A DNA stretch of 64,000 bases from Octopus vulgaris (GCA_951406725.2 OX597814.1:6014001-6078000), one strand, 5' to 3'. Counted from the stretch's first letter, positions 40,390 to 54,401 are shown. The notes: generated by a model not told the origin, from the sequence alone. Numbers and translations: made by a program.

Positions 40390-41580
40390 CATTGCCTTTG
40401 CACAGCTTCCAATGCTGGAGATGTACTACGGAGTCAGCATTTTGCTACCAGTGAACTAAAGAAACACCTCTAATTTTTCAAGCACCTTCCGGAGTATTCG
40501 AGCAGTTCTAAGCAGTGCTGTTTTCTGCAAGTGCTCCACCCTTATTGCAGCCCCTGTTTGTTCCATGTACTTCTTGAGATTTTTACTCACTGTTCCCAGG
40601 GCTCCGACAATTATTGGTACTACTACTACCTTTTCATCGACCACAACTACTTAACTTCCCAAGCTAACCTGTCATATCTCTCGACTTTTCTTTCTTCCAT
40701 ATCATATATCTTGTTGTCAGCTGGGCATTCTATATCTATGATACAGTATAGTTTGCTTTCTTTCTGAATTAAGACTATGTCTGGCTTCTTATTCTCTATC
40801 TCTTGGTTGTACTGAATCATAAAATCCCACAGGATCTTTGCATTTCTATTTTCACCGATGCCTTCAGGTTTGTGGTCATACCAAGTTTTTGCTCTGTCAA
40901 GTCCATACTTGTTGCAAAATGTCCAATGGACAAACCTGGCTATATTGTCATGGCTTCTCTTATATTCCTTCTGGGCTAGTGGCATACATTGGCTGGTAAT
41001 ATACCATACAGTTTCACAGTTTTGTCCTCAGATTCTACACTTATCATTTTCTGCTGTGTTGTCTATTCTGTATTTTATGTAGTTTGTTCTTGGGCAGCAC
41101 AGACTAGAGCCTCTGTTTCTGGTTTTAAATCACTTTTAGTCATCCACAGCCATCTTTTTCCTCTGTCTGTCTTATCTTCAAGATAAATTGTCCATGCATT
41201 CTTTTCTTTACCCACCTATTTTCAATTGCTTGTACAGTGCTTTATCTTTGCCATCTTTCATCCTACACAAGCCTGACCTTCTTACTTCCAATAATTGTGG
41301 TTTTGTGGCATTTTTTTACATACCATGCTATGTTGTTTTCTTCTGCTCTAATGCTGTGCTCACATCCAATAAGTCCTCTTCCCCGTCTTTTTCTTCATAC
41401 ATACAGTCTGTCTGTGTCACTTTTTGGATGGAGTGTCCCATATCTAGTCTGCAACTTCCTTGTCTTTCTGTCTAAGCTGTTTAGCTTACCTACTGTCCAT
41501 GCGATTACCCCTGCTCCATATCTAAGGAGTGAAACCACCCAGGTGTTGATAGCTTTGATCTTCATCCGTTTAATTTGATT
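40389..41580 (-). mobile_element. Decayed R4/Dong-like non-LTR retrotransposon with restriction-like endonuclease
   Basis: KAINTW..LLRY, LDRKTRK, HPKSDTDRLY, KILWDF, KPDIV..IDIECP.D and QKTALLRTARILRKVL motifs; 3' end abuts (TAA)n at 40333-40388. Confidence 0.85.
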
Positions 41581-42224
41581 TAATTTTGATGTTGATGTAC
41601 TTGATGGACATGTCGCCCTATGATCCAAAGGCACCTTTTTGAGTGGGATGGTTACACTGGTGTAGGTTATGGCTGTGATCTCACTTTTCTTGCTGGGTCT
41701 TCTTGGTCACAGCATATCTCCATAGGTCTCGGTCTCTTGTCATTGCCTCTGTGAGGCCCACCATTGCCTCATGGACTAAAATGTTCAAGAAAGATGTAAG
41801 GGAGATTTAGCTGTTATTTCTAGCAAATCTAGTAACTATGCAGTGGGACCATATTGACAAGTGTAAATGCGGAGCAGTACACTTGATGTGAGATGAGGGT
41901 TGACCGTTGAATGTTGTGAAGTGAAGGCATTGATTCAGTGCTATCATTTCCATACTGGAACATAGTAAACACTATAAGGTATGAAATACTGCCCCTCCAG
42001 CCATGACCAGTGATTTGATTTTTCACTTTGGCTTTGCTCCAGCCTTTGGAAAAAAGACATAAACATGACCAAATCTTGCTTCCATCCCTGTCACCATGTG
42101 GCCTTCTTTGACATTAATGGGTTTCTCAGAACAACTAAGGAAAGGAAGAAAAATGGTTGGAAGAAGAACTAAACAAGGTTGTTGTTTTTTTTTTTTTTAC
42201 TGCAAATAATTCAAGATGTCTTAC

Positions 42225-42478
42225 TTGTGTGTTTGCTGTGGCTGTGATTGAAATGGTCACTTCTGTCCAGTTCTCAGTTTGGCTTTGGTTTCCTTCGGCC
42301 AAGAATAAACCAGGAGAAATGTTGTCTTCCTCAATTCTGTTCAGTTGAAGTGATACCCTGGATAAGCCCCGTATCTGGTACCAAAATGTCAAGCAGTAAT
42401 TGCCAGGAGGCAGCTGTGGTGTCTGAATTCTTGCAACGCTGTCTTGGTTCGGAACAGCTTTCAGGTACAAATAGAAAC
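42225..42478 (-). CDS. Gene 2, MAM domain exon 2
   Basis: Minus-strand gacatttag| and |gtaaga; encodes GFYLYLKA...ARIQTP...YCLTFWYQ...GNQSQTENW...TATANTQ; 254 nt versus 248 nt in gene 1. Confidence 0.92.
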
Positions 42479-43477
42479 CTAAATGTCAAAAGATAATATA
42501 AAATGGTATTTTAATGTGATGCCACTGATGTAGTAACATCTGACCCTCTCGTTACCATATTTCTGAGGAAACCCACTGCTTTTGCTTAAATTCATTCAGA
42601 AAATAACGAAGAATTTGCTAAAATAACTTGGTCGTTATTAAGTTGCTGTTTTGAGCATAAATTAAAAATGGCAAGTTTGAATCTCATAACGAGGAGCAAT
42701 CACAGGTGGATTGGTATAAAAAGGGTTAAACTCTTTTCTACTTTAGGCACAAGGCTTGAAATTTTGGGGGAGGTGGGCAGTCGATTACATCAACCCCAGT
42801 ATGCAACCGGTACTTAATTTATCGACCCTCAAAGGATGAAAGGTAAAGTCGACCTTGGCGGAATTTGAACCCAGAACCTAAAGACAGATGAAATACAGCT
42901 AAGCATTTCAACCGGCGTGCTAACGTTTCTGCCAGCTCACCACCTTTAAACTCTAATATTCTAAACAGGCAATTTTGTCGTCGTCGTCGTCGTCCTCCTC
43001 CTCCTCCTCCTCCATCATCATCATTTGTCATCACTTTACAAAAGGTTTATTTACATGTTTCTGCATTTGATGTACAGCTTTACAATATATTTCTGAATTG
43101 AGATACAAACATTAAACCATCAAATGGTGGGAAATATTAAATTGTCAGGTAAACACAATACTACAAAAAAGATTGTGTTTGAGTCGAATGTTTCATAAAT
43201 GCTTTTAAATATTTTTTAGATATGAGCAATGCTTGAGCACTGTTTACCATAAACTCATTCCGGTAGAATTGTTAGCACACTGGGCAAAATGCTTAGCAGC
43301 ATTCCCTCTGGCTTTGCGTTCTGAGTTCAAATACTGCTGAGGTTGACTTTGCCTTCCATCCTGCCAGGATCGACAAAACAAATACCAGTTGCACACTGGG
43401 GTCGATGTAATGGACTAGTTCCCTCCCCAAAATTTCAGGCTTTGTGCCTATAGTTGAATGGATTATCATTCATCCTC

Positions 43478-44900
43478 ATCATGTTTGTTTAACGTCTGCT
43501 TTCCATGCTGGCATGGGTTGGATGATTTGACTATCGTCTGGTGAACCAGATGGCTGCACCAGGCTCCAATCTGATCTGGTAGAATTTCTACAGCTGCATG
43601 CTCTTCCTAATGCCAACCACTCTGAGAGTGTAGGGGGGTGCTTTTTATATGCCACTGGCACGAGGGCCAGTCAGGCGGTACTAGCAATGGCCTCGCTCGA
43701 ATGGTGTTTTTTATGTGCCACCTGCACAGGAGCCAGTCCAGTGGCACTGGCAATGATTTCGCTAGAATGTTTTATCACGTGCCACCAGCACAGTTGCCAG
43801 TAAGGCGACGCAGGTAACAATAATGCACGAATGGTGTTTTTTTTGCGTCACTGGCATGGAGGCCAGCTTGTTGCTCTGGCGATAATGCCGTTCCACTAGC
43901 ATGGATGCCAGTCATCGAATTTGATTTCAATTTCGATTTTTTGATTTGATTTCATTTACTTCAACAGGTCTTCGCAAGCAGAGTTTAGTGTCCAATGAAG
44001 GAAAGGTAGGCATAAATGGACTGGTTGCCCCCTTGGCATAGGCCACAAGGGTATGGTCACACTTGAGCTTGCCGAGTCTTCTCAAGCACAACATATTTCC
44101 AAAGGTCTCGGTCAGTAGTTATTGCCTCAGTGAGGCCCAATGTTCGAAGGTCATGCTTCACCACCTCATCCCAGGTCTTCTTGGGTCTACCTCTTCCACA
44201 GGTTCCTTCAATCGCTAGGGTGTGGCACTTTTTCACACATCTATCCTCATCCATTTTCACCACATGGCCATACCAGCACAGTCATCTCTTTTACACACAT
44301 CTGATGCTTCTTAGGTCTAACTTTTCTCTCAAGGTACTTACACTCTGTCGAGTATGCACACTGACATTACACATCCATCGGAGCATACTGGCTTCATTCC
44401 TTGCGAGCTAACACATATCCTCAGCAATCACGGCCCATGTTTCACTGCCATGTAGCATGGCTGTTTGTACACATGTGTCATACAGTCTACCTTTTACTCT
44501 GAGCGAGAGGCCCTTTATCACCAGCAGAGGTAGGAGCTCACTGAACTTTGCCCAGGCTATTCTTATTCTAGCAGTTACACTTTCAGTGCACCCTCCCCCG
44601 CTACTGACTTGGTCACCTAGGTAACAGAAGTTATTAACTACTTCTAGTTTTTCTCCCTGGAATGTGGCAGAAGTTGCTCTCTGCACATTTTCAGTGTTTA
44701 TTGCTCCTGAGCATCTGCCACATACAAAAACTATCTTCCCAGTTAGCCTTCCTTTGATATTGCTGCACCTCTTATGTGTCCATAGCTTACACTGGGCACA
44801 TCTTATAGAGTTTCTACCTACGCCTTTTCTACAGATCAAGCAGGGCCAACTACCAGAAGGCATTTGTGGTTTGCCTGCCTTCCTACTTATTAGGGATTTG
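43478..44900 (-). mobile_element. RTE-like LINE 3' portion
   Basis: PHD-like CxxC..CxxC..HxxC..CxxC, FCYLGD, MLHGSETW and GRGRPKKTW motifs, followed by the 3' UTR. Confidence 0.9.
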
Positions 44901-45260
44901 GTTTGTAGATTTGTAATTTATACATTAAAACAAGGATTTCAAAATAACGTTTTTAGATAAATTTTATAAAAAATTCTGTTTCCCTCTGCAAAGGAAAGGA
45001 GACTAATAAATCACAGGAAATTAACAAAATTATATTTTGATAATTTGTGGAAATATATAGTATTGTTTAAATAAGGGGATAGCATTGATCTCAATGATGT
45101 TGGATCAACCGTTTGTTTGCCTCTCTCTCTCTCTCTCTCTCTTTGTCCACTTGTATCTGTCTGTGTGTCCTTTTTACTAGTCTTGTGTTGGGCAAAGTCT
45201 TGTGTTTGGAAGTCCATGAAATAATCTCTACATGTAAAGTCTCTCACACACATGTGCGTG

Positions 45261-45291
<31 letters not shown>

Positions 45292-46496
45292 AACCTACCT
45301 GAGAACTAGCATAAACTTCTTCTGTTAACACTTTGAGTCAAAAAGCAGGCAGTTCAGTTGATTGAACAACTGTCAAACTGTTGTCTGCTGGTATTCACTA
45401 AGGAGGTTTAATAATAGTGAAACATATTCACAGTTGTCTCTCCATAACTGCCAACATCAAACTCCACAATGCCCTGAGTCACATTTTAAATTATAACAAT
45501 GCCAGGGTTGTCTCCCTTCCTTCCCTCTTGATGAAATGTTCATTAACCTATCACTACAGTGAGTTTGCTATGACCTTACTTCTGTAACTACATTATGTCT
45601 AATCACTGCATTAGGGTAAAACTGATTTAATTATTTTATTTAATTAGGTTCCATTTCACAGTTTATAGATTTAATCTAGCTTTTTTTAAAATATGATTTC
45701 CTACCAAACAAGGTTTGGGGCTACTGTAGCATAAAGGATTACAAAAATGTAAAAGGGGCCAACAAATTTTAAAAATTGTCAATTGAGAGAAAACTTAAAG
45801 GATTGAATATCCTAGAGCAGAGGAAAAGAAGAGATGATCATAAGGATTTCCAAAGGGCAACAATTTGAGGAAAGAAGTGTGATCATTACCAGCGTCACCT
45901 TACTGGCACTTGTGCCCCATACTAGCAGGGTGCCAAGAGCACCATCCGAGCGTGATCGTTGCCAGAGCGGCCAACTGGCTTCTGTGCCGGTGGCACGTAA
46001 AAGGGCACCATTTGAGTGTGATTGTTACCAATGTCGCCTTACTGGCACTTGTGTGGGTAGCATGTGTAAAAAGATTCAAAACGAGGTCATTGCCAGTACT
46101 GCCTGACTGGCCCCTGTAACGGTGGCATGTAAAAGTACCCACTACACTCTCGGAGTGGTGTTAGGAAGGGCATCCGGCTGTAGAAACTCTGCCAGATCAA
46201 GATTGGAGCCTGGTGCAGCCCTCTGGTTTGCCAGTCCTCAGTCAAAATCGTCCAACCCATGCCAGCATGGAAAGCGGACGTTAAACGATGATGATGATGA
46301 AGGAAGTTACTAGAATAAGATGACTAATAGGAAGCTCAACAGAGAAACAATGTACCTGGGAAGAGAAGCAGGTGATACGCTTAATGAAGGTCAATACTTT
46401 AAAACTAAAAAATATAATTGGAGAAATGAATCTAGAGTTTTAAAAATGCTCGTTAGTAAAAGTAAATGGTTGACTGAACAAAAGAAGCAGGCTGAC

Positions 46497-46661
46497 CTTG
46501 AAATGTCCTGTAAGTGTGGTCGTATGTTGGTCCAGTATTTGGAGATGTTTCAAAGAAAGAATGACGGACCCATTTATTGGCATTCATTGGTGAATTAATT
46601 TCTCTGTGATTCCAGCCACATAAATCCTTATCAAATGTACAGTTTGGAGATGAAATATTGC
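46497..46661 (-). CDS. Gene 2, MAM domain exon 1 (absent from the ORF track)
   Basis: Read manually: ttctttcaag| GNISSPNCTFDKDLCGWNHREINSPMNANKWVRHSFFETSPNTGPTYDHTYRTFQ |gtcagc; 165 nt, same as gene 1. Confidence 0.92.
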
Positions 46662-47345
46662 CTTGAAAGAATAAAGTGTAAAATGAAAGAATAATTTTTT
46701 TTTTATCTGTTTCTAAAGTTTCATAAAATCTTATTTGTTGTTGTCCACTTCACAATGTGACACAAGAACTGATGTTGTTGTGGAGTGGGGGACATTGCAC
46801 ATTGCTGAATCATAAGAATTACCCATGTTTTTGTTATGTATTTGTCTGAATATTTTTTTATCACACCTAATGCGCCATCTAGTGCTGGACAAAATACTTA
46901 GCAGCATTCCCTCCATCTTTCCATTCTGAGTTCCAATTAGTTTCAATACCAAAGTCCCAAAGAACGGTGATGTCTTTATTTTCTATTCTGCTGCAGGTTT
47001 ATATTCCCACCAATTCTTTTTCTATTGGAATCCAAACTGATGGAAGTTAGCTTTGTAGTTTCTGGTGGGCTTACACAATGATGCCAACCACTGATGGACC
47101 AGACCTGAATCAACATAAGGATCGCTGACCCTTGTAGGGTATTTACCATGTAGTGCCTTACTTTTTCCATTGATTTTGCAGCTCTGAAATTCCATAGAAT
47201 TTGGATTGTGCTTTTATAAAAATATCGACTGGAAATGTTGAAAATGTAATTACATTCGATATAAATGAGACAAAATAAATAAAACATCTCAGAAATAGAA
47301 AAACATATTCCAAAACCATTCTTGTAAACACAGTGTGATTTTTAC

Positions 47346-47591
47346 CATTTTGTGGAGGCACCAATTCTCGTTCTAAACAGCCATACAATCTCTGTACTTT
47401 TTTGATGTCCAGTTGACTCATTCCAATCCGTTGACCAATACGGACACCTTTCACCTTTGTTATTATTGTTGAATACCTGCCGTCAATTGCAAATGCATTG
47501 TGTGGGTAATGCATTATGGAATCGTAGTCATATGGAAGGTTGAGAGTGTTGAAGGAAGATGAGTCGATTTTCCGAAAGTTGGGTCTACGAT
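47346..47591 (-). CDS. Gene 2, Met-turn exon
   Basis: Minus-strand tgttgtcag| and |gtaaa; encodes LPYDYDSIMHY...IGQRIGMSQLDIKKVQRLYGC; 246 nt. Confidence 0.95.
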
Positions 47592-47922
47592 CTGACAACA
47601 GAGAAGAGGAATCCTGTTAATTACATGAAAATAATAGGTTTTGGGACATTTTCTATTAAAACTTATTATTATTAAAGCTATTATTAGCAAAGATGTCGTG
47701 AGGTTTAATGAGAACAGGTCTCCTCAAGACTCAAGAATCTTTCATTGGATTCTTATAGAATACAGAATGGCGCTTTTTTACAAGAATATTTCTATTATCC
47801 TTCAGCTTCTTCAGTAGCATTTTGGATTCTGTGCCAAGTACACCAATTCCCACATGAACAATTGTTATGTTAGGCTTCCACAATCTCTTCTCAGCATATT
47901 ATTATCATTATTATTATTATTA

Positions 47923-48560
47923 TTTTCTCTTTATCACAGTTTTTGTTGGAATTCCTGGAGTCTTGCATGCATTGTAGGCTTGCTACCTGCAGCCTACGGT
48001 ACCATGCTATTCATTCTTTTCCTCTATCTAATCCTTTCCTTTTGTAACCATCCTACTGTCCCCAAGGACCCAACAATAATTGGCACTATCTTCACCTTCT
48101 TCATTTGCCATAGCCGGGCTATTTCGTACTTAAGACGGTTCTATCTATGTATCTATTTTTTCGTCTTCCTGGTTGACTATTCATGGGTCAGAGGGGCATG
48201 CACTGTCAACTGTATAGCACATGGGGTGCATCTTGTTGACCACCATTGGGCCTGGTCCATTATGCTCTGACACCTGATCTGTTTGGATTGGGAAATCCCA
48301 GCGGATTTTGGTAGTCTCTGACTCCACCACTCTTTTTGGTTTGTGCTCATACCACATCTTGTCTCTTTCTCTAGCCTCCACTTTTGTGCACAGTTTCCAA
48401 TGTAGCACTTCCAATACCTGGTCATGTCGCCACAACCTGTGATGGTTTTGAGCAAGTCTATGGCATTTGTTGGTGATTTGGGCAATAGTTGTATCCATGC
48501 TATTGCAGATGTGGCACAGCAGAGACACTTGCTCATTCCTAAGGTTGACCCTCCAGTTTG
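47923..48560 (-). mobile_element. R4/Dong-like LINE fragment
   Basis: RHDQV..LHWKLC..WYEHKPKRVVESETTKIRWDFPIQTD; ends at (TAA)n 47898-47922. Confidence 0.8.
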
Positions 48561-48600
48561 GGGCCAAAGCTTGGTTTTGTGATTGTTATTGTTATTATTA

Positions 48601-49705
48601 TAGACATCATACAGTATACAGTACCGTGAGTTTGTTGATTGAAGATATTGTGTCTACTGGGGGTTTTTACTGTTTGTCAAGTCACAACAAGGACCTCAGA
48701 CAGAGAGTACTTTACACAATATGCATCCAATTCCAAGTAATGCCGACTTCTGCAATACACCTACATTGGAGAGCATTTCTAAGGACTTCAGATGTTTTTT
48801 TTTCAGATGGGATGGTATTGAACCCAATACTCCGATGACAATAGGGATAACCTTTATGTTTGACTCTTGTACCTGCCACATCTTAGCAATCTCAATTCTC
48901 AGGTCTCCGTATTTATCAACCTTTTCTCTTTCTTTCACGATGATAAGTTGATCTCCTGGCACTGCCAAATCGATTATTTGGCACTCTTGTTTGTCCCTCC
49001 TAAAGGTTTCTATATCCAGCTTTCAGTGCTCTAACACTTTGTCTGGAAATCAAAGTCCCAGAGGATTTTTGCCTTCCCCTTTTCATCCATTACCTTTTCC
49101 GGTGTATGTTGGTACCAAGCACCCGTAACCTCATATCCATACTTACGGCATAGTAGCCAGTGGAGGTTTTCGGCTACTTTGTCATGTCCACGCTTGTACT
49201 CTTTCTGTGCAAGACTTTCTCAAGCTCTAACAATGTGACTCACACTTTCAACCTTCTGCAGAGGTCTGAATCACTCGTGTGGTATATATTCTTTTTCACT
49301 GAGTTGCTATTCAATGCCTGGTCCTGGGCCGCAATGATTATGCTTTCAGTATTTTTCATTAGGTCACCCTTGTTGAGCCATTCTATGATGCTTCTTTGTC
49401 TTTTAATTTGTTGGTTCCACAGTGGAACTGACCAATTAATCCCATACAGAGTAGGGTTTCTTCTCTCTCGTTGGCTGTTCTTGGTCAGAATTCATGATTA
49501 CCCTCAAGTCCAGTTTTGTTAACTCCTTCTGCACTAGCAGCATACCGTATCAGGTCTTCTTTGCCGTTTACCAAATATTCTGCCATGCTTCTTCCTTCAC
49601 TGTTGATGCCCTCCCATAATGCTATTCAGCCCACATCCACCCTTACCTCTCTTCATGTAGAGCCTGTGTAGATTCACCTTAGGGTGGAGGGCACCATGCA
49701 TTGTC
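48601..49705 (-). mobile_element. R4/Dong-like LINE fragment
   Basis: AVPGD..KEREKVDKYGDL..VIPIVIGVLG..QKSALLG..ILCKVL; ends at a degenerate TAA/CAA run. Confidence 0.8.
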
Positions 49706-50489
49706 ATTGACTTCCGCTAAGCATTTTGCCCGATGTCTTACCCGGTGCGGTAACAATTCTACCAGCTCACCACCTTATCATGTTTCTACCATTCCTACTC
49801 CCTCCAATCTTCTTCATAGCCCCTCCTCTTCCCTTTTTACTTGTGTTCACCACTCACTGCATTCATGGCTATCTTCATCTCCATTCATCTGCCACTCTCC
49901 TCTCACACACTTACTTACCTACCCTCTCACCCTATCCAATTCTCTGGACCGTTTATGTGCAGCCCTTTCTGTAAGTCAAGGCTCTGCTCTGACACATCTC
50001 CACCACCAGCTTCTCCCTTTTCTAACTGTTCCTGTCCCTCTACCGTATTTTAACCTCAAAAGCCCCACTGGCCTGTCTCCTGCACCTTCTCAGTTAAGAG
50101 GTCTTGCCTTGTGGGTCACCTTATTGGTGACCGCATTGGTGATGATACCATGTAAAAAGCACCAAGGACTTCATTCTGTGAAGTGGTTGGCATTGGGAAA
50201 GGTAAACAGCTGTAGAATCCATGGGAAAGAAGTTGATATTGGAAATAGGTGTACTCATGTGGGTGGCCGGTTCCTGGCAAACTGCCGGCCCATGCCAGCA
50301 GGAAAAACAGACATTAAAAACAGACATGAAATCCACTCGCAGGGCTTTGGTCGGCCCTGGACTATTGTGGAAGAAACAAGGTGCCACACTATGGGACTGA
50401 ACCCCAAATTACCTGGCAGAGAAGCAAGGTTCTTAACCATGTTGCCATGCCTATACCTCTATACATATGTGTACGTATATGGGTGCATA

Positions 50490-50636
50490 TAAGTGTATGT
50501 ATGTATGTATGTATGTATGTATGTATGTATGTGTGTGTGTGTGTGTATGTATAAGACAGTTTATATCCACAATAAGATGCAGTTTATATAATTATTTATA
50601 TCGTAAATCAAGTGACATGTAGAAATCTGAGACCAT

Positions 50637-50678
<42 letters not shown>

Positions 50679-50784
50679 TGTGAGTACTCACATATATGCA
50701 ATGTGCAGCTTTCTGAGGTGTAGACTTATATGTGTGATGGGTGTTAATATTGTGTGTGCGCATGTAAATATGATGACATGTGCA

Positions 50785-50846
<62 letters not shown>

Positions 50847-51093
50847 AGTGGCAGGCACTTACAGTGTCTGTGACTATAACTGGTGAAGATACTGGAAACT
50901 GAACACTGATATCTACTCCTACACACACACAAATCACTGTGTGTGTGTGTGTGTGTGTGTGGTGGGGGTAATTTCAAGCACACCATTCATCAGTGTCACA
51001 TTCCCTCAACCCACAAACCCATTCGTCTGAAATATATATATATATATATATATATATACATGCACACAGATGCGTCAGCATGTGCGCTTTATA

Positions 51094-51162
<69 letters not shown>

Positions 51163-51188
51163 TTGATACATGTATATATATCATATAT

Positions 51189-51246
<58 letters not shown>

Positions 51247-51269
51247 ATTTGATACATGTATATATATCA

Positions 51270-51323
<54 letters not shown>

Positions 51324-51339
51324 TGATACATGTATATAT

Positions 51340-51373
<34 letters not shown>

Positions 51374-51453
51374 ATATATATATATATGATACATGTATAT
51401 ATATATATATATATGATACATCCATATATCATATATATATGATACATATATAT

Positions 51454-51492
<39 letters not shown>

Positions 51493-51520
51493 ATGTATGT
51501 ATATAAACACACACACACAC
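50490..51520. repeat. Microsatellite cluster: (GTAT)n, (GT)n and long interrupted (TA)n
   Basis: Direct reading; the (TA)n block repeats the submotif TTTGATACATG. Confidence 0.95.
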
Positions 51521-51631
51521 CCATTTACCATTGAGTGTTGTTCTCAGAAAGACTGATTCCCTAAAATGTATCTTTTTCGCTTTTCACACTCTTCCCCCTC
51601 CCTTACTTCTACAAGAAATCAAAAGAAATGG

Positions 51632-51689
<58 letters not shown>

Positions 51690-51807
51690 GAAAAGAGAGA
51701 AAGCTGATATCACACAAGTTATATAATATGTCACAGGGATGGTGGTGGTGGGTAGGATGGTGTAATTAATCATCATCACCACCAACACCGCCATCCATAC
51801 CACCACC

Positions 51808-52514
51808 TAGGTGTGTATAATATTATATATGTGTAGGTGTGTATAATATTGTATATGTGTAGGTGTGTATAATATTGTAGATGTGTAGGTGTGTATAATA
51901 TTGCATATATGTAGGTGTGTATAATATTGCATATATGTAGGTGTGTATAATATTGTATATGTGTAGGTGTGTATAATATTGCATATATGTAGGTGTGTAT
52001 AATATTGTATATGTGTAGGTGTGTATAATATTGCATATATGTAGGTGTGTATAATATTGTATATGTGTAGGTGTGTATAATATTGCATATATGTAGGTGT
52101 GTATAATATTGTATATGTGTAGGTGTGTATAATATTGTATATGTGTAGGTGTGTATAATATTGTATATACGTAGGTGTGTATAATATTGTATATGTGTAG
52201 GTGTGTATAATATTGTATATGTGTAGGTGTGTATAATATTGCATATATGTAGGTGTGTATAATATTGCATATATGTAGGTGTGTATAATATTGTATATAT
52301 ACAGGTGTATATAATATTGTAGATGTGTAGGTGTGTATAATATTGCATATATGTAGGTGTGTATAATATTGCATATATGTAGGTGTGTATAATATTGTAT
52401 ATGTGTAGGTGTGTATAATATTGTATATGTGTAGGTGTGTATAATATTGCATATATGTAGGTGTGTATAATATTGTATATGTGTAGGTGTGTATAATATT
52501 GTATATATACAGGT
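51808..52514. repeat. 26-bp minisatellite, ~27 units
   Basis: Tandem GTAGGTGTGTATAATATTG(T/C)ATAT(G/A)T; further units near 52763-52860, 53610-53645 and 54090-54155. Confidence 0.95.
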
Positions 52515-52728
52515 GTCGGGCAAAATGCCTAGCAGCATTTCATCTGCTGTTATGTTCTGAGTTCAAATCCCGCTGAGGTCGAAATTGCCTTTCATCCTTT
52601 CGGGCTTGATTAAATAAGTACCAGTTACACACTGGGGTCGATGTAATCAACTTAATCCCTTTGTCTCTCCACGATTGTCCCCTCTATGTTTAGACCCCCC
52701 CGTGGGCAATAAAGAAATAAATATTGTG

Positions 52729-52763
<35 letters not shown>

Positions 52764-52861
52764 GTGTATAATTTTGTATATACGTAGGTGTGTATAATAT
52801 TGTATATATGTAGGTGTATATAATATTGTATATGTGTAGATGTGTATAATATTGTATAAAT

Positions 52862-54090
52862 GTCATCATCATCATTTAGCGTCCATTTTCCATTGGTTGG
52901 ATGGTTCGACTGATCTGGCAGTATTTCTACCGCTGGATGCCCTTCCTAACACCAACCACTCCAAGAATGTAGTGGGTGCTTATTTTACGTGTCACTGGCA
53001 CAGGTGCCAGAGGGGTCTGGCATCGACCATGATCAGATGGTGCTTTTTACGTGCCACCGGCACGGGGATCACAATTACAATTTACATTTGTTTTTGATGT
53101 TGATGTACTTGACTCAACAGGTCTCCTCAAGCACGGCATGTCACCCTATAATCCAAGGTACTTTTGAGTACTGGTTATGCAACACTGGAGTAGATTACAG
53201 CTGTGAACTCACTCTATTTGTTGGGTTTTCTCAGTCACAGCATATCCCCAGAGGTCTCTGTCTTTCGTCATTTCCTCTGTAAGGTCTTGCTTCATCACCG
53301 AATCCCATGTCTTCCTGGTACCCCTCTACCCTGGATTCTTTCCACTGTTTGGGAGTGCCACTTCCTCATCCATCCGCAGTACATGACCATACCAGTGCAG
53401 TCGTCTCTCTTGCACACTATATCTGATGCTTCTTATGTCCAGCATTTCTCTCAGGGTGCTTACACTCTGTTGTGTGTGCACACTGACATTACACATCCAG
53501 TGGATCATACCAGCTTCATTTCTTTCAAGCCTACGCATGTCCTCAGCAGTCCTGGCCCACGTTTCACAGCCGTGAAGCATGGCACTTCACACACATGCAT
53601 CGTACAATCTATATGTAGGTATGTATAATATTGTGTATATGTCGGTGCTTTCTGAACTTTGCTCAGGCTATTCTTATTCTAGTAGTAACACTCTCTGGGC
53701 ATCCACCCCCACTACTACCTTGGCCACCTAGGTAGTGGAACTAATCAACTACTTCTAGCTTCTCCCCAAGGAGTGTAATGGAATCTGTTCTCTGAGTATT
53801 AGTGGTGTCTATTGCCCCTGTGCATCTGCCCCACACGAAAGCTATCTTCCTGGTTAATCTTCCTTTGATGTTGCTGCACCTTTTATGCGTCCATAGCTTA
53901 CACTGAGTACATCTTATGGAGTTTCTACCTACACCTTTTCTACAGATCTAGCAGGGGCCACCTACCTGAAGGGGAGTGTGATGTGTTCGCCTTCCTACTT
54001 ACTAGAACTTTGGTCTTTGTGACATGGACTTTAAGACCCTTTGATTCAAAACCTTGCTTCTACACCTGAAATTTCTTCTCTAGTTCTGGT
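52862..54090 (-). mobile_element. RTE-like LINE 3' portion with a minisatellite patch
   Basis: ETWARTAEDMRRLERNEA...LHWYGHVLRM; homologous to 43478-44900. Confidence 0.85.
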
Positions 54091-54361
54091 AGGCATATAT
54101 AATACTGTATATATGTAGGTGTGTATAATATTGTATATATGTAGGTGTATATAATACTCTCTTTTACTCTTTTACTTGTTTAAGTTATTTGACTGCGGCC
54201 ATGCTGGAGCACCGCCTTTAGTCGAGCGACTTGACCCCGGGATTTATTCTTTGTAAGCCCAGTACTTATTCTATCGGTCTCTTTTGCCGAACCGCTAAGT
54301 GACGGGGACATAAACACACCAGCATCGGTTGTCAAGCAATGCTAGGGGACAAACACACACA

Positions 54362-54401
<40 letters not shown>

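Noticed and set aside
51776-52538. Three overlapping Tyr/His/Ile-rich ORFs
   Set aside because: Translations of the 26-bp minisatellite
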